Position numbers and translations under genes: made by a program
Part shown: positions 28,478-38,408 of the stretch, in pieces
Position numbering within the stretch: the first letter of the stretch is position 1
How the letters are laid out: every line of letters begins with the position of its first letter
Assembly: GCA_030704615.1 (NCBI GenBank)
Contig: CM060731.1
Coordinates: 6,262,001 to 6,326,000, forward strand
DNA from: Takakia lepidozioides
Lineage: Eukaryota > Plantae > Bryophyta
Direction of reading: 5' to 3'
Length of the DNA stretch: 64,000 nucleotides
The notes under the pieces: generated by a model
What the model was told of the DNA's origin: nothing
Database searches by the model: none
What the model saw: the letters and a program-made list of their open reading frames with translations, nothing else

Positions 28478-29629
28478 ATGGAGTATGCTAGGGAGGGAGA
28501 GCATTACTCTTTTGATCATGAGACTAGAAGGTGGAAGTGTCTAAAGTGCACAAAAGACTATGGAGCCAAAAGTAGCTTGAACAACCACATGGGTCGATGC
28601 GGACAACCTCCGTTGCCACATGGAGAGTATGGTCGTCCACGAACCGTTGCAGTTGCTTACGATGGAGCGATGTCTGAGGCCCGTAGCCTCCAAATGATGC
28701 GTTCATGGTGTGTACGGTATAATTTGTTGCGTTCCAAAGCAATTGTCAGGTACACGAAGAAAGCGAAAACAATATGGAAGAATGATCCCAACAATCTGCG
28801 GAGCTTGGGGAGGTACTTATCATGATTATCTCTTAAGTACTTTGTTCTTCTTTTGCTATACTTGCTATACTTTGTTCATTTAGACTTATAATTTTTTTGG
28901 CTTTCACAATGGTGTAGACAGCAAGATGAGTTCATCACCGAATTCGTTGACAATGTCATGTCCAATTGGTTTGCGAAAGATGGTGAACGCATTGAACAAT
29001 GCAAGGTGAAAGCCCGCGAGTATAGGTTGATCAAAGGAGTGGCGGAGAGCAATGATGATGAAGATGATGAGAACAATGATGATGGGGAGGATGATGGCAG
29101 TGATGAGGATGGAGAGGATGATGAGGACGATGAGAATGTGGACGATACTGATGACGTCGAAGATACAGATGATGATGAAGATGCAGAGGATTTCCATGAG
29201 AGTGACGATAATGCTGGAGAGCAGATGGAGCAGTTATCACATCATGGAAACACCCCTCCTCATGTTGACACTGAGTCATGCGATGACGACAATGAGGTCT
29301 TGGAGACATTTTACAATGAGACTCGGTTATCACACCATGGGCACACTCATCCTTCTGTTGAGGCTGAGTCAGGCGATGACGACAATGAGGTCTTGGAGAC
29401 ATTTTAAAATGAGACTCGGAGGCACGCAATGTCATCTTTGCCTCATACCCCTGTTGAGGGTCCATCCACTTCCCGTAGACTTCCTCGGACAGGTATCACC
29501 CCTTCGCAGGAAGAGCTTCGACGATTGGGCATCACAAACTCAACTCAGTTCAGAGCTGCAATCTTGGGGGATTCTGTGGCTGATCGCATCGTTCGTCGTA
29601 GGATGGGACATGATCGCAAAGCACGTTGA
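28478..29629 (+). CDS. MULE passenger/accessory gene: N-terminal zinc-finger-like motif plus D/E-rich tract (probably spliced, degenerate)
   Basis: WKCLKCTKDYGAKSSLNNHMGRC (28415 ORF); probable intron about 28813-28918; acidic tract and duplicated HHG..P.V..ES.DDDNEVLETF unit (28958 ORF). Confidence 0.5.
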
Positions 29630-29829
29630 TGGAACAACTTGGTATCTATGTTTTGAATCAAGTTAGCAACAAAGTTCATGGACTTTGATTTACACTGCTA
29701 TACTTTTGAACATGTTTTGAATGTTCATACTCGGAAGATGCATAAATGTCTTGATATGATATGTCAATGTATATTGGGTGGTGTGTTGGTGAAATTGCGA
29801 CAACAACTTAAGATATTAAGCGATCTGTC

Positions 29830-30690
29830 AGCGAAACCTCGACCACGGATTCTTCCAAATATGTTAGTATATCACTTATGTCAGAGAAACCTCGACCGAT
29901 TTTTCCTCCAAACATACTAGTTCAATCTCGGTTCCCATTCATTATGAAATTGATGCATCTCAAGGAAACCTTGATCACAATTTCAAGGAAACGTCGACCG
30001 TGGTTTCCACTATATGAATGAACATCGATCACATTTCCAGTAACCCATTTAAAATGTGTTCATTCATGAGCATAAAATACACATGTTACTTAAGGAAAAC
30101 CTCGACCGTATTTTCCACCAACAACCTTGACCGCGGTTTCCACTACATGAATTAAGTGGTGCATCATATCATATATGCCATTTGCTTAAATCAATCCTTC
30201 ACCGCAATTTGCACTTAACACTTCCTAGCAGGGAAACCTCGACCGCGGTTTCTCTTAACAATTGGTAGAAGGGAAACCTCGACCACGGTTTCCTACCAAG
30301 ATATTGAAATATGGGATGTATGCTCAATGGAAACCTCGACCACAGTTCCCACCCACATGATATTTCAATATGAGAGACATATGCCTAAGGCAACCTCGAC
30401 CGCGATTTTCACTACGTGCAAAAAAGTAAGTAATGCACATTATCATATATGTCATTTGCATAAAGGAAACCTGCACCACGGTTTCCACTAGCAATTGATG
30501 CCAGGGAAACCTTCACCACGGTTTCCATGATACAAAATATACATGGGTATATGTTCATGCCCTAGAGAATTGATGCCACACCATATATTTATTTTACCAA
30601 GTATATTGTCAACCATTCAAGTATTAGATGCTTCCTGGAAACCTCGACTGTAATTTCCATCGGTCTAGGGAAACCTTCATCGCGGTTTCA
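29830..30690 (-). repeat. Array of about 15 inverted copies of the same motif (GGAAACCTCGACCRCGGTTTCC on +)
   Basis: Reverse-complement of the motif in the 27940-28440 array. Confidence 0.85.
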
Positions 30691-30836
30691 TCCACACCAT
30701 ATTTCACAACGATCTGAATTATTGCATGCAAAGTGAATCATTTATTGCTATTTCATCCAAGCATTACAATTACCTCCAATGTCATGAAGCTTACGTGAAT
30801 GTCATCAATATGCCAAAACAATTAGAATTTCGACAT

Positions 30837-32773
30837 TTAGAGTTTCTGAATTTTCTTGCGTTTCGATTTTATGCTCCGCTCTAGAAAATCTTTCATACGA
30901 ACGATAGAATTACCGCACCCATCATCAACTATTTGAAATGTTTGGGCAGGATGCATCATGTCCTCCGTCACATTTGCTCGTAGTGATCTTAGCTTCCCAT
31001 GCACTGACTTCAGCAATGACAATGCATGCATACGAAGACTAAAATCACCTTCAGCAATATCATGCATAATAGCTGTCATTGTTTCTTGGACACATGCCAA
31101 CTCTCTCTTGGTGATGTCTTCATCACTTCTTGGTTTTTCTGATGAATGTAATGAGCTCACTTGCTCCTCATATTGTCTGCATAAAACTGACATTATAACA
31201 AATATGTCTCATTTGTAGGAAACCACAAGTCTCATTTCCCTATGATCTCATATTATGTAAACAAAGCATATATTGAACAAAACATTATATTGAATACAAA
31301 ACATGTATTGAAATAGACATTGTTGTATGTTTTGAATAAAAAAGGTAGAGAGTCATATAACATACATTCATCCTTGTCCGAATCTTCAGGTTGAGCCAGT
31401 ACATCATTTAAATCAATACCCGTTTAAAAAAAAGATTGAATGTCACCACGTGCACAGTCGTACTCTGTACCACAAGCTAGAACAATTCGAGGCTCGGATA
31501 TATTTTTCAGTAATTGGATGACTTTGATTTGATGTTTGCAGAGATTTCCTCGTTGTGCCCATTCGCAATGACTTTGTAGTGCACTCATCCATTGTTGCAA
31601 ATCACAAGCCCTTCCTCGGCTTGTAATAGCCCAAGCAACTGGAATACCATTGTAGTGCTTATCAAACACAACAAGTGTGAACAATTGGAATTTTTGATCA
31701 TTTGTTCCAAAAGTTGCATCACAAGCAACGGCACCTCCATGACCTCTGTCAAGCATTTTCATTATTTGATAAGGGGTTTGAATGCCCAGAGTGAAAGGAA
31801 TGGTGTCATCCACCAATTCATGTTGTTGGTAGAAGAAGACATATTCCGGATGTTCTCGTACCCACATCTTCACACTTTCCGCTAGATTAGGAGCACGTTT
31901 GAAAGACTCTTCCGCTAACCGAGCCGCAATGTTTCTAATATCTTGCATTTTTAAAAAATCATCCCTAGTGGCCAACTCCCCCATGTCACTTCTGGCCTGC
32001 CATATCCTCTTGTGTTCTTTAAAAACTTCCATTGGCGAGGATCCACAATCAAGACGTTTAAGTATCCAATCTCTCAAATCTTGGGATATCCAAGGAGCAA
32101 ATTGTGATTTCCGTAACAAAGATTGAGGATCTTGTGTACCATGACAAACCTCGCCATTGCGGTCAACATGAGATCTCTCATAATAAATCAATTCAGCCAC
32201 ATCTTGATACATGAACAGCCTCTTGATTGCGAATTTGCATAAACAACCTCTAAGTTTTGTTTTGGAGTGAGCCTTTCGATCACGTCTACTACATGGTCCT
32301 TTCTTTGGCTTTGGAGTTGTGGTGACATTTCTTTCTTCAATATTCCGTCGGTCATCTCGTGGACCCCAAACACAATGATACCTGCAAACATATCACAAGG
32401 AAACCAAAATATAGGTTTAATTTTATGTGGGCAGATAGCCATAATTTCCAGAATTATTCAAAACACCTATAGTTCTCACAATCCCAATACAAAAGTAGAG
32501 TGAAGCATACCACTTTTGACCAATGTGGCTGTCAAAACAAGTCTGATCCAACTTAGATGAACCTGGCACACTCTTGACAATCTTGAACTTGGTTGGTGCA
32601 GATTTATTGTTGTTTTCTCCTTCCAAAAAATCTGGAACTCTTGTCCAAGGAATCCATGCCACTTTACATATGCATTCTGATCCTCTTACTTTTATGATGT
32701 GTGGCAGCCATACCAGATCATTTGCATCAAATGGACTTTTGATAGGGCTTTGAATCTCCAGTTCCTTCATCAT
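30837..32773 (-). CDS. MULE transposase with SWIM zinc finger (spliced, internally deleted)
   Basis: ACDATFGTND.KFQLFTLVVFD..YNGIPVAWAIT (MULE DDE first Asp) is followed almost directly by CEWAQRGNLCKH (SWIM), which implies loss of part of the catalytic domain. N-terminal IQSP...DLVW...WIPWTRVPDFLEGE block is present. Confidence 0.8.
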
Positions 32774-34426
32774 TGATGTTCCTCACATTTTGCACATATC
32801 AGGCATCTCCACCTTTCTGTGTAATCAGAAAAAAATCAAATAACACAGTTGAAACTTGAGACTATTATCCTTATTCAAACCCTAATATGCATTCATGAAT
32901 TTGTAATTAGTTTGAACCTCTATTACATGGCCTACTATATAAACTATTTTTCTGAACTTCAACCAAAACAAAAGCATGTTCAAAAACCGCGATTTTAGTT
33001 TCCCCGTCTTAAGAAATTGTGTTTCAGAGCACATGATTGCTCTATCCATTTGGATACCCCATATATGAACGAAGAATCATGCAAACAACAGAAGAGCACA
33101 TGTAAAACACACATACCATTTACATAAACATAAGTCTTCCTTGCTGAGATATTTCCACTTAGTCCACATTGTCTTGTCCATCATCGTATCACACTATAAG
33201 CTTCTTTAACTGCTTCAGCTCCTTCATTGAATCTCTTAAGCGCCTTGCACCCAACAATTCACATCAAGTGTTTAGTGATCCACAAGCTCACTTCACTAAT
33301 CTAATCTACACATAATTGCATCCACTAATCCATAGAACCCGTTGCTTGCTTTGGGAGCCAAGACAAGCTTGAACAGCCGTCACCCTAACCTCATCCCTCA
33401 CACCTAACCTCATCCATTTTGACCACATTCATCCATGCATGCCAAACATGCCATGGAGCATGCACGATGGGGCCTCGCATGGGGGAGCTCATAGAGCATG
33501 GTAGGGTGCGCATGCATGGTGAGGAGTATGGCGAGCAAGGGGGATGGCGAGGGAAATGGTAGGGCCCGGGCATGGGGCTGGCTCTTGGCATTAATGGCAG
33601 AATCCAATTAATGACACATATTAATGTGCCCTGCCTGGTAGGGACAAGGGCTATCCAGAAGCTAATCCTAGATTATGAATAATGCGAGGCGTGCTTTAGG
33701 GAGAGAAGCTTACGAATTGGCCAGGGATCCCCTGGCCCCGCATATTTCATCTTCAAAACCGTACTTAGCTCCACATGACATGCTACATTAGTCCGCCTTC
33801 AGCAGCGGTGTATCACGCAGGACGTTATATGTACCCCTACGAGCTCTGCTCGCTGCCATCTGTCGGCGGTCTTTCCGTGCAGGGTGGGCAACCCATCCCT
33901 TGGCTCCATGGACCGCACAGTCAATGTCGCCACAACCGCGTCCATGCAACAGTCGTAAATGGGCATAATGGACACTCCAATACAATCAGTTTTTCTCACA
34001 ATCACATGAATGTTATTGTGTCGGTGCCAGTGTGGCAATTGGTCTATGAGCTATGATATTAAATATAACTCGTGCCAAGCACATATGCTCTACACGCCAG
34101 GAGTGTGTTGCACAATGGTGAATCAACGAAGTGCATACACAGAGGGCACCTGATATCAGGCTCGGACACAAATTCCACGGCGGCATGATGGGTGTCTAAA
34201 ATGCGCACCAACCGTGATTGCACCAAAATACGAAAATCGGGACGTTGTGGTGTGGTGTGAAGAAAGGGGCAAAACATTTCCCCACGACATTCACTTCAAG
34301 TCACCAGAGTACCATTCCGTCCCACCCATGCCGCAGCGGAAGAGAAGACATAGGTAGGACACACATCCTCATTTGATGGAGTTCATGGATTTGATGTACT
34401 TCAGCGTGATCTTATTGCTTCCATAC

Positions 34427-34856
34427 TGTCACGGACGAGATAGTACCAAGCAAGAGATCCGAGTAGAGAGGACTCAATAGAAACTCAATGGATAGAAGTG
34501 TAATCTTTATATATGGTAGAACAAGAACACAAGATGTTGGACTGGAACTAGAGAATACCTCAAGATTGTGTTGGCGAGACTGAGGGGTCATCTATCTCGC
34601 CTCCTACTTATACCCCATATTCTAGTTCTCTAAGGATCCTTCCGGAGAAGCTTCCTTGGTGCTAAGGAAGTTTCTCGGGAAGTTTCCTAACCGCTTATAG
34701 ACGAAGCTTCTTAAGAAGTTTCTTTATTTTGCATGAAGTTTTTTGGGGAGTTTCCTAGCTAGCTTAGGGATCTTCTAGAAAGGTCTAGAATGAAGTTTCT
34801 AGAAGTTTCTAAGAAGGTCGTAGATATATGGTGTAGTTTTATTTATGTCTGTGACA
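34427..34856 (-). repeat. 3' LTR of the chromovirus
   Basis: Direct repeat of 51932-52378, adjacent to the PPT. Confidence 0.95.
34792..34809. promoter_or_regulatory. Perfect 4-unit heat-shock element in the chromovirus LTR (also at 52314-52331)
   Basis: GAAgtTTCtaGAAgtTTC, and GAAgtTTCtaGAAgcTTC in the other LTR; further GAA/TTC half-arrays nearby. Confidence 0.65.
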
Positions 34857-35718
34857 TCATCCCCTCCTCAAGCACCGAGTTCCTCGAGAGGCGGTGGCGT
34901 TCAGACTCGCAAGAAATCGAAAATACGACGCATGGTATTCGACAAATATTCGGCTCTTCGATCGTAACTTAAATGGTTCATTGGTCCTTGTAGCCAACGA
35001 TAATGTCCCACGCCAGGGACCTGAGACCATGCAGTAATTGGTGCATTGTTGTTCTCGAACACGCCTTCGAAAAAAAATTCGTTTGGTCCCGCAAATGATG
35101 GTTCCGTCTCCAGTAAGATGTGTCAAGTTAAATAAGCACAGTGTGAAACTAACTAGAATAAAGCTAGTTATTTGTATTTAACACTTGGATTTAGGTCAAG
35201 TGTTAAATCTGGTGTCAAGTTTAGTTTGACACCTGAACTGTCTTATCTTCACGAGAGCGTCAGTCGCGCAGCTCATCTCTCTCAAGTTGAGCCTACGCGA
35301 TCGAGCTCCTTCATCGTTTAGAACTGAGTGTGCTTATGATGGGAGGATAGGTTGTTGTGGGGTGGAGTCCCCATAGCTTGGGGTGCCCCTAGCTCGACTT
35401 CTGTTTTAAAGAATGATGCTGTTGGATTCATGTTGTTTCTTATGTCAACACTATGTTTTAAGCTTTCTTATCACTCGAGAGAGATGAGCTGTATCTAGTT
35501 TTCTAGTGCTAAGCTAGATGTGACGTTTTTGTTTTTAAGCACTATTATAATATAGCTTGGTCACGAGAGCCGGTAGTTAGACTGGCTATGTGTGCCTAGT
35601 GGAGCATAACAGGAAGGCAGAAACCACTCGAAGTGTCGCTGCAGCAGTTCTAACCTCCTGGGAATGTAGCGGGTCCAAGCTTTTTACAACAAGTAGGTGG
35701 GCTGGACCTGCTATTTGG

Positions 35719-36462
35719 GTCTAAGAAGACTGGGTCGGCGGATAGGCCTCTGTGGTTCCCAGGTGCAAAGGCCCCGTCTTGGGCTGGATAGATCTGTGGT
35801 TGGTGACTACGGTTTCGATCCACTGTCCCTGGGAAAATCTCCAGAGTATCTGCAGTTCGAGCTGGATTCACTGAACCAGAACTTGGCTAAGAACCCTGCT
35901 GGAGTCGTGATCGGAACCCGTCTTGATAAGAAGAAGGATATCAACCCCACTCCCTTCCGACCGTACAGTGAGGTGTTCGGCCTCCAAAGGTTCAGGGAAT
36001 GCGAATTGATCCACGGTAAATGGGCAATGCTTGCCATTGTTGAGCGTTGTCTATCGAGACGTTCACTGGCGTGACATGGCAAGATGCTGTAAAGGTGGAA
36101 CTTGCTGATGGTCCCTCTTACTTCGGTCTCTCGTTGCTGTTCAGCATCTTTGCTCTTGTCTGGATTGAGACTCTTGTGGTAGTTCCAAAGGAATGCCGAG
36201 TTAGACCCAGAGAGGCGTCTGTATCCTGGTGGCAAGTACTTCAATCCCCTCGGACTGGCAGCTGACCCCGAGAAGAAAGAGGTTCTAAAACTCGCCGAAA
36301 TTAAGCATGCAAGGTTGGCCATGGTTGCTGCTTTGGGTTTTGCTGTGCAAGCTGCTGCTACAGGCAAGGGTCCCTTGGACAACTGGGCCACGCACCTGAG
36401 CGATCCACTCTCACTTGCCTGCTGAAAGCACCCAGCAGCTTTCTTGAAAAAAAAAAAAAAAA
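35719..36462 (+). pseudogene. LHCB4: Lhcb4/CP29 chlorophyll a/b-binding protein retrocopy fragment inside the retroelement
   Basis: [85 protein letters not shown] and [14 protein letters not shown]. Frameshifts, no intron, A16 tract at 36447-36462. Confidence 0.9.
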
Positions 36463-36526
36463 CTATTGGCCTTGTCAGTCTTGTTCACCAAAATCACTGG
36501 GACGTGTAGGCATTACCAAGGCACCA

Positions 36527-36820
36527 GTGAAGGTTGTTGACTTTACCAAGCGAAGTGTGGTAGAGGGCGAGAATGTTGTCATTTGCCACAACGTTATGTT
36601 TCCTTCGGCTCTCTACTACTGCCATCATGTCATAGGAACCAAGGTGGTGCAGGCGTCGTTGGCAGCTGTAGATGGATCAATCATTCACGCAGTCGCCATA
36701 TGTCATTTGGATACCAGTCTCTGGGCATCAGAGCATCCTGCCTTCACGGCTCTCAACATTATTTAGGGAGCCGAAGCATGCCATTGGTCAACTCAGAATG
36801 ATCTCATCTGGGTGCCCTCC
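36527..36820 (+). pseudogene. BURP-domain C-terminal fragment inside the retroelement
   Basis: Four CH dyads with BURP spacing: VICH..MFP.ALYYCH...AVAICHLDTSLW..EHPAF..L.I*GAEACHW...DLIWVP (in-frame TAG). Confidence 0.8.
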
Positions 36821-37664
36821 CACTGATGAGGTCCGACCTCTGCTCTCGTTGCTACCGTTTCCAAGTAGTTCTGGGGATCGTAAGGTCAGCTCAGTGGAAA
36901 GTACTCTTGCCTATTTCCCTGCCAATCGCCCTTTAACCTGCAACGGGCCTCTTGAATAGGCACATATATCAACCATCAGCAACAATTTTTGCATGTGTAC
37001 CTACATAGGCTTTCGGTGTTGATGCCCAGACACAAGGAATTTCAATTTGCTGTAAAGTGTTAGGCTGTAGCAGTCTGTCTGCATGACTTCTCAAAATCTG
37101 TCGCTGATGTAGAGCTGAAAAGCATGTGGAAATGCCTTGAGATTGTGTCGGAGATCATCAATCTCGGATGCGCTTAAGCCCAGGCGCTCGAGCTCTGCCA
37201 TTGTCCCCAATTCGGTGATGAAGGGCAATCCGTTATCGCACGCCTGCTGCTCCAGGGTGTGATACCCCATCCATAACTGAGGTCGAGTCTTGGAGTTGGA
37301 GAGTTCTTGGTGCCTGGAGAAGCCTGGAGGGGAACGGCCTCGGGAACCCATAGATAACCTGGGAACAGGTTGTAATGGCAAGAACGTTTTGGTGTTAAAA
37401 AAAAAAAAAAAAAACCTTTCGATCTAATTTAAATGATTTAGAGCCTAATTGGTCATAACTTTGTCAGATGGACTTCGTTTGACTCAGTTTTTGGGGGGAT
37501 AGCTGCAGAAAGGGGAAATCTACCTATCTGGGTTTAGTTTTTGGGACTCTGCTAAAAATCTATGGAATTTTTAGAGTGTGAGTGTGCCATGAAAGATCCA
37601 CAATTCTGTTTCTAGAACCTGTTCTGGTCTACATGAGAGATAAATCTGGGGATGTACTCCTTGT

Positions 37665-38408
37665 ATGGATGGGGGAAATGAGGACGTTATTGAAGGGCAG
37701 GTCTCTTCTCTTAGCCTGTGCACACAAGGGGACAGGATTTATGTTTCCCAAGGAACTCATACTGATTTGAGTGGAGAACAGTTGGACGAGTTGATTGCAT
37801 ACTGGGAATCAAGCATTAGCAGTAGACAACAAACTGCTGTAGTTGGCGTTGAGGGCCTCAATATTGCTTTGGACAGTCAGAACTCTGTTGGAGCTAGCAG
37901 TTCTGCAGCTGTAGGTGAAATACCAAAGTGGGTGAAAGCTAGGCTTGGAACACAGCCAAAGACAGCCCCGGGGACCAAGGTGTTCAGCCACAAGGCCGTG
38001 GTGTACTGGAGCAGAGGAGCAGGAGCTACACAAGTTTGTGCAATCAGACATGGTTGCCGCCGGAGACGTTCTGCACAAGGCAACCACGAGCGGGGGTTCA
38101 TTAGCAATGACAAGTTTGTTCTGCGTGAAGGAGATGCAGTCATTCGTAATGAGGACACCCGCAACCGTCTCAAAGCTTTCGAATTGAGAGACTATCAGAC
38201 CCTACCTTTGTTTTCTTTAGTGTTCAGTGAGCGAGAGATAGGGGAGTATTGCTTTGTCTCTACCTGGCAGAAAGAGGAGGAGGGTTGGTTAGAGCGAGCT
38301 ACTTGGGACAAGGTTAGTGGCAGGTTTCTGGACATAGATATACCTCCTACACCTTACCATCATGCAGAGCGAGGCACTTTGAGAGAAGTCTGGCAGTTGA
38401 TAGCATAG
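37665..38408 (+). CDS. Extra ORF upstream of gag, 247 aa, unknown function
   Basis: ATG-initiated uninterrupted ORF with protein-like composition; no recognised domain. Confidence 0.4.
   Translation: MDGGNEDVIEGQVSSLSLCTQGDRIYVSQGTHTDLSGEQLDELIAYWESSISSRQQTAVVGVEGLNIALDSQNSVGASSSAAVGEIPKWVKARLGTQPKTAPGTKVFSHKAVVYWSRGAGATQVCAIRHGCRRRRSAQGNHERGFISNDKFVLREGDAVIRNEDTRNRLKAFELRDYQTLPLFSLVFSEREIGEYCFVSTWQKEEEGWLERATWDKVSGRFLDIDIPPTPYHHAERGTLREVWQLIA

Larger units (their letters stand above)
27084..33690 (-). mobile_element. Mutator-like DNA transposon (MULE) with ~300-bp TIRs
   Basis: TIRs about 27084-27390 and 33385-33690; 9-bp TSD GTGCTTTAG at 27075-27083 and 33691-33699; the paralogous empty site at 57439-57447 has a single copy; SWIM-type transposase inside. 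Confidence 0.92.

Noticed and set aside
29031-29666. Met-rich and His-rich ORFs
   Set aside because: Alternative frames of the GAT/GAG-rich acidic tract.
27940-30690. Repeat-spacer arrays resembling CRISPR
   Set aside because: Repeats are degenerate, spacers are irregular and related to each other, there are no cas genes, and the context is a eukaryotic transposon.
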